From an uncultured Chitinophaga sp. (lineage in GTDB: Bacteria; Bacteroidota; Bacteroidia; UBA7662), in the NCBI GenBank assembly GCA_964577055.1, contig CAZNWC010000005.1, positions 50,924-114,923 on the forward strand: a DNA stretch of 64,000 bases, given 5' to 3'. Every line of letters begins with the position of its first letter. Positions within the stretch are counted from its first letter, which is position 1. The position numbers were made by a program, and so were the translations under genes. This document shows, piece by piece, positions 17,701 to 27,492 of this stretch. The notes beneath the pieces were generated by a model that was given only the letters and a program-made list of their open reading frames with translations, was not told where the DNA came from and searched no databases.

Positions 17701-19652
17701 ATGCACAACAAAAAAAAATTGGAACACAACCTCTTTCATCAAGCTTTTTTGAACCTAACAGATCCTTGTTGGGCTGTAGACGAAGATTTTTAACTCTTGA
17801 TTTTCAATGATTTGGCTATTCAGTATTTTGCACATTTTAATGGTGCTGAATTGGCGATAGGCATAAACATGAAAGAGGTGTTTCCTGAAGAGATGCGCCA
17901 GGATTGTTACAATTGGTACTCGCGGGCGAAAAATGGTGAATCATTCAGTGTGCAAAAAGCATTTGAAATTGCAGAAAACGTAGCCCGGTTCCACATCAGT
18001 TTTCAATCATACGATACCAATGCTGGTAAAATCATCTTGGTGCTGGCCAAAGATTTATAGCTTAACAAGGAAGTAGACGAGCAACAGCTAGAAACAAACC
18101 GATTGTTCGATATTATATTCAATGCAGCTTCTGTAGGAATTTCTCTGACCAATGCGGATGGCAATTTTGTGCGTCTGAACAAAGCTTTCGGAGAAATATT
18201 GGGTTGGGAATTGGATGAGTTATTGGGTGATTCATTTGCGAAAATATTTATCCCTGAATTTCGCGAGCAAACCATTGAAAGGCACAATCGCTTTTTGTCG
18301 GGTGAGGAAATCCCCCCAGAAGAATGGGTGCTGAAGCGGAAGGACGGCAGGCCCATTCACCTCTCGGCCAATATTTCACTTTACAAAACGAAAGGAGCCA
18401 ACCCTCCATCGTTACGGTAATATCCGAGATTACCGAAAAGAAAAAGGCAGAAACTGCCTTGGTAGAGGCCAAAAAGATTGCCGAATCAGCCGCAAAGACA
18501 AAGGCTGAATTTCTGTCGAACATGAGCCATGAAATCAGTACGCCACTGAACGCCGTTATAGGACTAACTGATTTACTGATCAAGGGCGATGAACCCGAAA
18601 TGCATCCGCGCTACATCGAGTCTATCAAGTATTCAGCCGATAACTTGTTGATGATTGTGAACGATATCCTTGACTTTTCGAAAATTGAATCGGGCAAGGT
18701 TGCAATAGAGAACATCCAATTTAGTCTGCACAAGGCGCTCGAACAGGTCATGAAAACCATGTTTTTCAAAGCCAACGAGAAAGGATTAAAATTTCAACTC
18801 ACCGTTTAAAAGGATGTTCCAGATAGTCTCATGGGTGACCCGTATCGGTTGAACCAAATTTTGATCAACCTTACTGGAAATACTTTGAAGTTTACAACAG
18901 ACGACGGTATTTACATTGATGCAGGAGTTTCCCAGTTATCTGCTAAAAATTGTAAGCTAAAGATTACCATCCGCGATACAGGCATTGGCATTCCCGAAAA
19001 CAAGCTCGACAAAGTGTTTGAGAGCTTTACACAAGCTTATACCGACACCACACGGCTCTTTGGCGGTTCGGAATTGGGATTGGCCATCAGCAGGAATTTG
19101 GCAAGAATCCTGGGTGGCGATATTACTGTTATATCCAAAGTAGGAAAGGGGTCTGTTTTTACCTTGGAGCTGCCTTTTGAACGTGCTGCCGATGACCTCG
19201 TAACAAGTGTAGATCAATCGCTACCCGAAAGTCCGAACAAAGCTGATTTGTCGATGTATAAATTCCTTTTGGTAGAAGATAACCTCATGAATCAGTTTGT
19301 GGCAATTCAAATCTTGAAGCGCTGAAAGGCGAGGGTAGAAGCCGCCGAAAACGGAGAGGTTGCCCTTCAAATGCTAAAAAAGAACCATTATGATTTGGTT
19401 TTTATGGATTTGCAGATGCCTGTGATGAACGGGTATGATGCAACAACCAAAATAAGGGCAGGCGACGCTGGTGAACAAAATACAAAAATCCCCATATTGG
19501 CGATGACGGCCGATGCTTTGCATGAAACCAAGTTGAGAGTGCTCGAAATTGGCATGAACGACTTTATTACAAAACCTTTGGAATTGGGTGACCTGTTTAG
19601 CAAAACTGTCGCAGCATTAAAGGCAAGTCAGCATGGGGTTGAGTTGAGATAA
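17701..19652 (+). pseudogene. Hybrid sensor histidine kinase/response regulator (PAS-PAS-HisKA-HATPase-REC), disrupted
   Basis: Five ORF fragments (17797-18060, 18103-18420, 18324-18809, 18831-19325, 19371-19652) plus an N-terminal piece from ATG 17701 read through as one protein. In-frame stops: TAA 17791-17793, TAG 18058-18060, TAA 18807-18809, TGA 19323-19325. A 1-nt frame change lies near 18385-18400. H-box SHEISTPLN, N-box NLTGNTLKF, G1 DTGIGI, G2 GGSELGL, and REC DLVFMDLQMP...ITKP are all intact. Confidence 0.8.
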
Positions 19653-19693
19653 TCAAAAGCTATCTCCTTAGCCCCATGCTTAAATGCTAACGC

Positions 19694-21049
19694 TTATTTC
19701 AGCAAGTGCTGCCAAATGTCGTTGCCGAAAGCGAACACCATGAGGGAAATCACGAGCACCATGCCTACGTACTGAGCTGCGAGCATTACTTTTTCTCCAA
19801 CTGGCCGACCGATAATCATTTCAATCAGCAAAAACATCACATGACCTCCATCAAGGGCGGGAATGGGGAGTAAATTCATAAAGGCCAATACCATGCTCAG
19901 CAAGCCGGTGGTCATCCAAAACCGGTACCAATCCCATACTCCTCCGTACATTTTTTTGGCAATGGCAATGGGGCCTCCGATTGATTTTTCTACAGGAATA
20001 TCGCCCGAAAATACTTTTCCAAAACCTTTTACATTGTCAGCGATGACTTTCCAAGCCATTTTTGCACCTGCCGGAATTGCTGCCAGCAGCCCATATGATT
20101 TGCTTGCAGTAGCCAAGGCTTCTACCTCGGGATAAAACCCTACAGTTCCCGCATCACTTACAGCTACCTCGAGCACTTCGGGCCTCCCTTTTCTATCAAC
20201 ATCCAAACGTACTTTTTGACCTTTTTTAGCCAGCAAAGCCGATTGAAGCTCATCAAAATAGCGGATAGGCTGGTTGTCGATGCCTGTAATCACGTCACCC
20301 ATTTGCAAGCCAGCTTCGTAAGCAGGCATGCCTTTCATTACCTCACCCACGGTAAAAGTAATGCGCGGGGTAAGGAAGGCTGTTTTGTCTGTTTCCAACA
20401 ACCTTTTGGTGAAATCTGCCGGCAAAGCAATTGTCAGCTTTTCTCCATTACGTGTCAAGCCAAGGGTGACATCGTCGCCAAGCAGGACTTCGCTACTCAC
20501 AAGTTCATCGAGCCGTTCAAATGGCTTGCCATTGATCGCCACAATTTGGTCGCCAGTTTGAATGCCAATCTCTTGGGCAAGTGTTGAAGCCACAACCCCA
20601 TGTTTTAGGGCTTCGGCAGGAATATATTTTTCACCCCAGTACATCAAAATGCCTGAGAAGATGATGATGCCCAAAACAGCATTTACAGTTACTCCACCAA
20701 GCATGACAATCAGCCGTTGCCAGGCTGGTTTTGAGCGAAATTCATAAGGTTGAACATCCTGTTGCAGTTGAGCGGTATCCAACGACTCGTCAACCATGCC
20801 AGTTATTTTCACATATCCCCCTAATGGCAGCCAGCCAATGCCGTATTCTGTATCGCCTTTTTTGAAGGAAAACAGTTTTTTGCCCCAGGCATCAAAAAAG
20901 ACGTAGAACTTTTCTACACGAATTTTGAATGCCCTTGCGGCTGCAAAGTGCCCCCATTCATGCAAGAGTACCAAAATGGAAAGGCCCAGAAGCATCTGGG
21001 CAATCATGATTAAAACCGTCATCGCTACTATCAGAATATTAAAGTTCAA
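19694..21049 (-). CDS. rseP: RIP metalloprotease RseP (site-2 protease)
   Basis: HEWGHFAAARAF zinc motif in TM1, central PDZ domains, and the C-terminal NLLPIPALDGG motif. Confidence 0.92.
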   Translation of the reverse strand: MNFNILIVAMTVLIMIAQMLLGLSILVLLHEWGHFAAARAFKIRVEKFYVFFDAWGKKLFSFKKGDTEYGIGWLPLGGYVKITGMVDESLDTAQLQQDVQPYEFRSKPAWQRLIVMLGGVTVNAVLGIIIFSGILMYWGEKYIPAEALKHGVVASTLAQEIGIQTGDQIVAINGKPFERLDELVSSEVLLGDDVTLGLTRNGEKLTIALPADFTKRLLETDKTAFLTPRITFTVGEVMKGMPAYEAGLQMGDVITGIDNQPIRYFDELQSALLAKKGQKVRLDVDRKGRPEVLEVAVSDAGTVGFYPEVEALATASKSYGLLAAIPAGAKMAWKVIADNVKGFGKVFSGDIPVEKSIGGPIAIAKKMYGGVWDWYRFWMTTGLLSMVLAFMNLLPIPALDGGHVMFLLIEMIIGRPVGEKVMLAAQYVGMVLVISLMVFAFGNDIWQHLLK

Positions 21050-21237
21050 AAATAACGTAAACGAACCACCCTTGGTTTATCTCTGGCGTAAAAAGCAGCG
21101 CTTTTGTGATAAATTAAAATACCTCCGCAAACACCCGGCGGGTGTGGGTCCCGCGTGGATTTTGTACATCTAACCATGCCAACTACATTATTTTCGGTTC
21201 CGGTAGTTGAATTGTCGCGTGCTGCGTATTTTGCAGC

Positions 21238-21666
21238 ATGCTCGACAGGGGACAACTTACTGCTATGCTTGGAAGGATTTGGGTACTTCACGCCCTCGAA
21301 CTCGATCAGGCTTTCCGCAAGGCGGGCGTGCCGCTCACTGCCGATCAGTACCGTTTGATGAATTTGTTGTGGACCAGAGATGGAGGGCATCAAGAATACT
21401 ACGCTCGTAAACTGGGTCGCGATCGTTCGGCCATCACCCGCATGATTCAATTGCTGGAACAAGAAGGATACTTGACGAGAATGGCTGACCAGGGCGATCA
21501 ACGTGCAAAAAAAGTTGCTTTAACGCCAAAGGGCTGGGAATTGCAATCGGCCGCAGAGGTATGTGCCAACGAAATTCTCTTGAAAATGTGGGAAGGATTC
21601 ATGAGTGAGGAACGCGAACAGCTGAACGAAATGTTAAGCCGCTTGCGACATAACCTCATGGGATAA
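21238..21666 (+). CDS. MarR family transcriptional regulator
   Basis: 142 aa. Winged-helix core LTADQYRLMNLLW...YYARKLGRDRSAITRMIQLLEQEGYLTRMADQGDQRAKKVALTPKG. An alternative Met lies at 21265. Confidence 0.85.
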   Translation: MLDRGQLTAMLGRIWVLHALELDQAFRKAGVPLTADQYRLMNLLWTRDGGHQEYYARKLGRDRSAITRMIQLLEQEGYLTRMADQGDQRAKKVALTPKGWELQSAAEVCANEILLKMWEGFMSEEREQLNEMLSRLRHNLMG

Positions 21667-21951
21667 TCAAAGGTGCTTTTTTTCGAACCAAAAGGTCCCA
21701 AAAGGCACCAGGCTCGAAATACCTGCGATCAATACTTTGGTGAATGGCCAACGAAGCTTGACCCAAACGAGCAACAGTTCTAAGCCGAATGCCACAAACA
21801 AAACACCATGTATCCAACCGGTGTATTGAACGGCTTGCGAGTATCCAAAGCCATATTTCAAAGGCATGGCTACAAAAAGCAAAACAAGAAAAGAAATGCC
21901 TTCTATGCGGGCAATCCAACGAAAACGTTGGGTGTTATAGGTTGGTTTCAT
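21667..21951 (-). CDS. Small membrane protein, DUF3817-like
   Basis: 94 aa with 3 TM helices. The RIEGISFLVLLFVAMPLKY...GWIHGVLFVAF pattern matches DUF3817 as I recall it. Confidence 0.6.
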   Translation of the reverse strand: MKPTYNTQRFRWIARIEGISFLVLLFVAMPLKYGFGYSQAVQYTGWIHGVLFVAFGLELLLVWVKLRWPFTKVLIAGISSLVPFGTFWFEKKHL

Positions 21952-22324
21952 CTGATGACTTGCTTTTGAAATGATACCTCATCAGTACTTTTTGTGCTTC
22001 ACGCCGCAGAATAAGTTTCGCCAGGAGGGTGGATAATTGGTCGTGTTCATTTTGCAGCATACTCGCTTTGAGTTTGTCCTCGCCCAAATCAATGCGGTAA
22101 AGCAATTGCATCAATCGCTGGGCATCTCTTTCTAATAGCCAACCCAGACTTTCTTCCAATATGGCAAGTAATTCTTCCGTATTTCGAATTGCATCAGGGT
22201 TCAATTCAAGTGTCAAGCCATTTTGTAAAAAGTCTTTTTTAATTTGGACAACCGTATCGTATAGCAGCGCATGCTGTTGGTTCAATACCAGCTCAGGATC
22301 ATGCCAGTGTGTGATTTCGTTCAT
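21935..22324 (-). CDS. Hypothetical protein (129 aa, helical, acidic)
   Basis: Clean ORF whose ATG overlaps the xseB stop (ATGA). No motif recognised. Confidence 0.55.
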   Translation of the reverse strand: MNEITHWHDPELVLNQQHALLYDTVVQIKKDFLQNGLTLELNPDAIRNTEELLAILEESLGWLLERDAQRLMQLLYRIDLGEDKLKASMLQNEHDQLSTLLAKLILRREAQKVLMRYHFKSKSSDETNL

Positions 22325-22545
22325 GCAAATGGCTTGGTATCATCACTTCCTGGATGAATGAGCATTTCAACTTCTACCGTTGCTTGTTGCAAATAAGCTC
22401 GGCACTCCTGGATAAGACCATCTGCTTCACGAAACAATGCCATGCTATCATCCAGGTTTAGGTTTTTAGATTGCATGCGGTCAGCAATCTGCCTGATCTG
22501 CTGCAGCTTCGCTTCAAAATGGACGGAGGTTTTCTTTTTAGCCAT
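22321..22545 (-). CDS. xseB: Exodeoxyribonuclease VII small subunit
   Basis: MAKKKTSVHFEAKLQQIRQIADRMQSKNLNLDDSMALFREADGLIQECRAYLQQA follows the XseB helical hairpin pattern (FE..L.eLe.IV..LE.g.l.LdesL..FerG..L). ATG at 22545 was chosen over the longer ORF. Confidence 0.8.
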   Translation of the reverse strand: MAKKKTSVHFEAKLQQIRQIADRMQSKNLNLDDSMALFREADGLIQECRAYLQQATVEVEMLIHPGSDDTKPFA

Positions 22546-22640
22546 GATTTGAAGGGTAAAAATCGGAAAAAAGCTGCAACGATGTTTCATATACCTTTTC
22601 AATTGTGAAAGGTTTTGAATCGTTCGGTATATTTGTCACC

Positions 22641-23291
22641 ATGACAATCGGCGATGAGCAGCCCTACCTGGTAGGCATTGTAGGAGGAAGTGCTTCAGGT
22701 AAAACTTCCTTTATCAAAGCATTGGCCCAACACTTCAATGCCGATCAAATTACAGTCATTTCTCAAGATCATTATTACATGCCAATTGAGCATCAACTCA
22801 GCGATGTCAATGGGATTGTGAATTTTGATTTGCCAGGTTCCATCGACCGCAAAAGATTTCACGACGATGTACTGCGGTTGGTTTCGGGGCACGAAGTGTA
22901 TGTAAAGGAATATACCTTTAATAATCCGAGCCACCAGCCTGAGATCATTTGTTATAAGCCGGCCCCGGTTATCATCATGGAAGGCCTCTTCGTGTTTTAC
23001 TATGAAGAAATTCGGAAAATTTTGGATCTGAAGGTGTACCTCGATGCCGATGAACACATCAAACTGGCAAGGCGCATCAGACGAGATGCCGCAGAAAGGG
23101 GCTATCCTGAGCATGAAGTGCTTTACCAATGGCACAATCATGTAATGCCTGCTTACAAGGAGTTCCTGGAACCCTTCAAAGCGGAAAGCGATATTATCGT
23201 AACCAATAATACCTCCTTTTCAAAAGGATTAGAAGTGTTGATACATCACCTTAAAGCCAAAATGGCATGGAAAACAGATTCGGTGTTATAG
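22641..23291 (+). CDS. udk: Uridine kinase
   Basis: P-loop IVGGSASGKTS, QDHYY, and a C-terminal RDAAERG block. ATG at 22641; the longest ORF starts with GTG at 22605. Confidence 0.85.
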   Translation: MTIGDEQPYLVGIVGGSASGKTSFIKALAQHFNADQITVISQDHYYMPIEHQLSDVNGIVNFDLPGSIDRKRFHDDVLRLVSGHEVYVKEYTFNNPSHQPEIICYKPAPVIIMEGLFVFYYEEIRKILDLKVYLDADEHIKLARRIRRDAAERGYPEHEVLYQWHNHVMPAYKEFLEPFKAESDIIVTNNTSFSKGLEVLIHHLKAKMAWKTDSVL

Positions 23292-23962
23292 GATTGGGGC
23301 GTTTCGGAACGACCATTGCACGTACCTTGTCGCAACGCGGTGCAGAAGTAGTTGCAATCGACTCTTCGGCGGAAAAAGTCGACAATTTGCGAGATGAAGT
23401 GGCCTATGCTGTGCAACTTGACGCCACGGATGTAAAAGCTTTGCGTTCCCAGAACGTACACGAATTGGATGCCGTGGTTGTTGCCATTGGCCAGGATTTC
23501 GAGTCCTTGCTGCTGACCACGGTAACTTTGATGGAACTCAAAGTAAAGCGCATCATTGCCAGGGCCTCTACCGATCAACAACGCAGGATTTTAGAGAAGC
23601 TGGGCGTGCATGAATTGCTTTCTCCAGAAGATGAGGTGGGGATTTCGGTTGCTGGAAGGCTGTTGAACCCCGACTTGGTGAGCTTTTTCCAGTTGCCCGA
23701 TGATTACCAAATTGTAGAATTAAAAACGCCTGCAGGTGTTGCTGATAAAACAGTCATCGATATTGGCTTAAGAAATAAATACAACCTCAACCTCATTACC
23801 CTCCGAAGGGCATACGAGGTAAAAACAGAGGATGGAGGCATTGGATTTGAATACCATATTTTAGGTGTTCCAAAGGCCGATACAGTCCTGTATGATACCG
23901 ATTACATCATTTTACTGGGTAAAAGCGACGATATAGAGAAGTTTGTTGAAGTCAACAAATAA
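23267..23962 (+). CDS. TrkA/KtrA-type potassium transport regulatory protein (RCK_N plus RCK_C)
   Basis: Rossmann GVIGLGRFGTTIARTLSQRGAEVVAID and a C-terminal TrkA-C domain. No membrane subunit is adjacent. Confidence 0.8.
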   Translation: MENRFGVIGLGRFGTTIARTLSQRGAEVVAIDSSAEKVDNLRDEVAYAVQLDATDVKALRSQNVHELDAVVVAIGQDFESLLLTTVTLMELKVKRIIARASTDQQRRILEKLGVHELLSPEDEVGISVAGRLLNPDLVSFFQLPDDYQIVELKTPAGVADKTVIDIGLRNKYNLNLITLRRAYEVKTEDGGIGFEYHILGVPKADTVLYDTDYIILLGKSDDIEKFVEVNK

Positions 23963-25006
23963 TCAAGACTTTCCTTTGTAACCTGATTTTTTCAAAATTT
24001 CGGCAGCCGAAATGCCGAGCAAATCCGCCAACGGTAGGTCCGGGTGTTTATCCATGTACCGGTGAACCATGCGCCACCCTGTGAATGCAGCCATGCGGGC
24101 CGGACTCCCTTCTGGTAAACCAGCGGTAAAAGGACCATCGTTCATAAAACGACTGATGACCTTCATATCACTGCTGAACAATAAATTTTGCTCTACCAAA
24201 TACTCCCACATGCTTCGTTCGCTATCGTAAGCCCAATTGGTTTGATCGGCTGTAAAGCCAAGTAAGATACTGTCGTGCAGTGCGGGCATGCAACTTTTGG
24301 CGATGTACAATATTTTACCAGCACGAACTACTTCATCTATCAATTCATTTCCTTCTACAGGAGGTATCAAATCATCGATCAGCAACTTCATACCATCCGA
24401 AATCATATAGGCAGTTTCAAGGCGTGGCAACATATAGTTGGTCAAATAACTAACCTTTGTATAAAAGGGATAGTCTTTTCCCAAGTGCAAATCAAGCCCA
24501 AACAACAAACCACTGTCTGAAAGGGCATGTTTGTACTGAAAGCCACTCACCATGCCAACGGCTCTAATACGGGGGGCATCAGGAAAAAAGTAATGGTAAT
24601 AACTCAATGCCTCGCTTAGTTCAGCCTCAATATGGTCTATCTGATCAAAACGTTTGGCCACATCCCCGAAAAGAGTGTCAATGTATGGGTCGATTAAAAA
24701 GGCATTGAGCTCAACATACAACTCTGGATCATTCACGCCAGTCAAAGCCACCACATTTTCAACATACACCTTGAAAATTTCACCGTACTTCGCCTTCAGG
24801 ACTTGTACCCTGTTTTGGTCCAAAGTGTCAGTTTGTTTTAGCGCAAGGTCAAGTCTTTCGATTTTGATTTGTACTTTGGCATCGGCCGGAAGTTTTACCA
24901 AGGGTCTTCCGCTTTGCTCGCGCCAGTACCACCACAAGCTTGCGCATAGCAGAAGAACAATGAAAAACCATAAAATGCGTTTGTTCCCGAAAGCCGCCTT
25001 AACCAT
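23963..25006 (-). CDS. gldB: Gliding-motility lipoprotein GldB-like
   Basis: Signal/lipobox-like N-terminus (IVLLLCAS), about 340 aa, and a position near nadE. As I recall, flavobacterial gldB is similarly placed. Similarity is judged from memory only. Confidence 0.5.
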   Translation of the reverse strand: MVKAAFGNKRILWFFIVLLLCASLWWYWREQSGRPLVKLPADAKVQIKIERLDLALKQTDTLDQNRVQVLKAKYGEIFKVYVENVVALTGVNDPELYVELNAFLIDPYIDTLFGDVAKRFDQIDHIEAELSEALSYYHYFFPDAPRIRAVGMVSGFQYKHALSDSGLLFGLDLHLGKDYPFYTKVSYLTNYMLPRLETAYMISDGMKLLIDDLIPPVEGNELIDEVVRAGKILYIAKSCMPALHDSILLGFTADQTNWAYDSERSMWEYLVEQNLLFSSDMKVISRFMNDGPFTAGLPEGSPARMAAFTGWRMVHRYMDKHPDLPLADLLGISAAEILKKSGYKGKS

Positions 25007-25072
25007 TTTATCACGAAATTAGCCCACGAAAATAAACAATCTAAAAGCTGTGTGCATTAATCCTTTAACTCT

Positions 25073-25798
25073 ATGAATCATTTTCGCTTTTTGATAGTGC
25101 TGTTTTTTGTTCTATTGGGGTCGCATGACCTCATAGCACAACAGTCGCCTTACCGGTTTGGATTGCACATTACCCCTAATTTCAGTTGGGTTTCCCCAGA
25201 AACGCGATTGTTAAACAGGGAACAGGGAGGCGTTGGTTTTGCCTATGGATTGCTTATTGAGCGGGCGGTGGGATCAGAAAACTACTTTTTCAGCACAGGT
25301 CTTTCTGTTTCGCAATTACAATACAGCAGCTCTATTGATTCAGCCGTTTTCAAATTGCGCGATGGTACATCAACTTACTTCGCAAAACCAATTTACGATT
25401 ACAGGGTGCAGTATTTTGAGCTGCCCTTGACCATGAAAATGAGAACGAACCAAATGGGTTCTGTGCGCATTTATGGTCAATTTGGTTTGGTCACTGGTAT
25501 TGCCTTTCAGGCCAAAGCACGGGTACAAAACATCCCTGCAGTGTTCGACCCTGAGGAATATTTTTTCATCAATCAAGTGGAAGATTATAAGCCCGTACAA
25601 AGCTTGGCAACCGATGACCGCGTAAATGCGTTTAGGGCCAGCGTCTTGATTGGTGCGGGTGTTGAATATCTGATGAGTGGCGATACGCATTTGGTTTTTG
25701 GTGTGCGGCTCGACAATCCATTTACTGATGCCTACAGGGGTGAAAAGTTAAATGGCCGTACCAATATGGCCGGGATTCAGCTTGGCATTATCTTTTGA
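25073..25798 (+). CDS. Outer-membrane beta-barrel protein (PorT/porin-like small barrel)
   Basis: Signal peptide ending LIAQQ, alternating hydrophobic beta-strand pattern, and a terminal aromatic (GIQLGIIF). Confidence 0.6.
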   Translation: MNHFRFLIVLFFVLLGSHDLIAQQSPYRFGLHITPNFSWVSPETRLLNREQGGVGFAYGLLIERAVGSENYFFSTGLSVSQLQYSSSIDSAVFKLRDGTSTYFAKPIYDYRVQYFELPLTMKMRTNQMGSVRIYGQFGLVTGIAFQAKARVQNIPAVFDPEEYFFINQVEDYKPVQSLATDDRVNAFRASVLIGAGVEYLMSGDTHLVFGVRLDNPFTDAYRGEKLNGRTNMAGIQLGIIF

Positions 25799-27444
25799 TG
25801 ATGAACATTGCACTTGCCCAATTAAATTACCACACAGGTAATTTTGAAGGTCAAAAAAAGCAGATGTTGGATGCCATTGCCCAGGCAAAGGAGGCAGGTG
25901 CTGATTTATTGATTTTTGCAGAATTGGCCATTACGGGTTATCCACCACGTGATTTTCTTGAATTTGAGCATTTTATTGCCCAAAGTGATGCTTTGATAGG
26001 CGAGTTGGCGCTAGCAGGGGGGGAGATGGGGATTGTTGTTGGTGCGCCCTTGAAAAACACGACTGGACAAGGAAAGCCACTTTTCAATGCAGCTTATTTT
26101 CTTCATCAAGGTGAAATTAAGCACACCGTGGCCAAAACCCTCTTGCCCACTTACGATGTATTTGATGAATACCGCTACTTCGAGCCCGCTTTTGGCAACC
26201 AACTGGTAAAATTCAAAGGAGCCACCATTGCTTTGTCGATTTGCGAGGATTTGTGGAATGTAGGGCATCATGCCAGGTATGTGAGGGATCCTTTAGCTGA
26301 AATTGGGGCGCAAAATGCCGATTTTATCATCAATATAGCGGCTTCCCCCTTCTCACGCGAGCAACAGGCCGAACGGCACTTTGTGCTAACAGAGCAAGTT
26401 AAAAGATGGCATAAGCCGCTGATATATGTAAACCACGTGGGAGCACAAACGGAGCTTGTCTTCGATGGTGCGAGTATGGTTTTGGATGAAAGTGGTAAAA
26501 CCACCTTGCAATTACCGGCTTTTGAAAGCGCCGTAGATTACGTTCGCTGGAATGGCAAATCAATGGAGCCATTAAAGCCGTTCGTGCCGCAGGCAAATCC
26601 CGAAGGAGAGGAGGCCATTTACAAAGCTTTGGTAACCGGAGTGCGTGATTATTTTAGGAAACTGGGTTTCAAAAAAGCAATTCTTGGATTATCAGGAGGT
26701 GTTGATTCTGCCTTGGTGTCGGTAATAGCCGCCGAAGCCTTGGGGGCTGAAAACGTACATGTTTTGCTCATGCCGTCGCGGTATTCAAGCACGCATTCTA
26801 TTGATGATAGCTTGCAATTGGTAAAAAACCTGGGGATTCAGCACAATGTCCTTCCCATTGAAGCAGCATTTTTCGCCATGGAAGATACCTTGCGGCCTTT
26901 TTTTGAAGGCTATTCTGCCGATATCACCGAAGAGAATTTACAATCGCGTATTAGAGGCATGCTACTTATGGCCTTCACAAACAAATTCGGATATATTCTA
27001 CTCAATACAAGCAACAAAAGCGAATTGGCAGTTGGCTATGGCACACTCTATGGCGATATGTGCGGCGGACTATCCGTGATTGGTGACTTGTATAAAACGG
27101 AAGTTTACAGTTTGTGCAACTACATCAATCGTTCAAAAGAAATAATTCCCCAGCACATACTCACAAAAGCACCAAGTGCAGAATTACGACCCGACCAAAC
27201 CGATCAGGACTCTTTGCCCGCATATGAATTGCTCGATCATTTGCTTTTCCAATACATTGAAGAACGAAAGGCTCCTGCCGATTTGAGGGCAATGGGCTTT
27301 GATCAAGCATTGGTTGATAAAGTCATGCGTTTGGTCAATATGAACGAATATAAGCGTCACCAAACGCCACCCATTTTACGGGTAAGCAGCAAAGCCTTTG
27401 GCATGGGAAGGCGTATGCCTATCGTAGCAAGGTACCTACAATAA
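25795..27444 (+). CDS. nadE: Glutamine-dependent NAD+ synthetase
   Basis: N-terminal CN-hydrolase domain (ELAITGYPPRD, ICEDLW) and a C-terminal synthetase domain with the SGGVDS PP-loop. Confidence 0.92.
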   Translation: MMMNIALAQLNYHTGNFEGQKKQMLDAIAQAKEAGADLLIFAELAITGYPPRDFLEFEHFIAQSDALIGELALAGGEMGIVVGAPLKNTTGQGKPLFNAAYFLHQGEIKHTVAKTLLPTYDVFDEYRYFEPAFGNQLVKFKGATIALSICEDLWNVGHHARYVRDPLAEIGAQNADFIINIAASPFSREQQAERHFVLTEQVKRWHKPLIYVNHVGAQTELVFDGASMVLDESGKTTLQLPAFESAVDYVRWNGKSMEPLKPFVPQANPEGEEAIYKALVTGVRDYFRKLGFKKAILGLSGGVDSALVSVIAAEALGAENVHVLLMPSRYSSTHSIDDSLQLVKNLGIQHNVLPIEAAFFAMEDTLRPFFEGYSADITEENLQSRIRGMLLMAFTNKFGYILLNTSNKSELAVGYGTLYGDMCGGLSVIGDLYKTEVYSLCNYINRSKEIIPQHILTKAPSAELRPDQTDQDSLPAYELLDHLLFQYIEERKAPADLRAMGFDQALVDKVMRLVNMNEYKRHQTPPILRVSSKAFGMGRRMPIVARYLQ

Positions 27445-27480
27445 AAAAAAGCCGGCTTTGTTCAAAAGCCGGCTTCTTTG
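27443..27480. terminator. Bidirectional intrinsic terminator
   Basis: aagccggctt ... aagccggctt hairpin. It is followed by a T8 run on the minus strand (for rng) and preceded by an A8 run on the plus strand (after nadE). Confidence 0.8.
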
Positions 27481-27492
27481 GTAGCACGTTGA

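Noticed and set aside
17431-17793. 120-aa ORF on the plus strand
   Set aside because: It runs straight through the tRNA-Cys and tRNA-Leu genes and their terminator. Only its last ~30 codons (from ATG 17701) belong to the disrupted kinase.
17701-19652. Stop-codon reassignment or programmed read-through as an explanation for the in-frame stops
   Set aside because: The stops include all three types (TAA, TAG, TGA). All three also terminate well-supported genes elsewhere in the window at the expected protein ends. There is also a frameshift in the same gene.
21046-21501. 151-aa minus-strand ORF
   Set aside because: It overlaps the MarR gene and the rseP-marR intergenic region. No motif was seen, whereas the MarR reading frame has a clear winged-helix signature.
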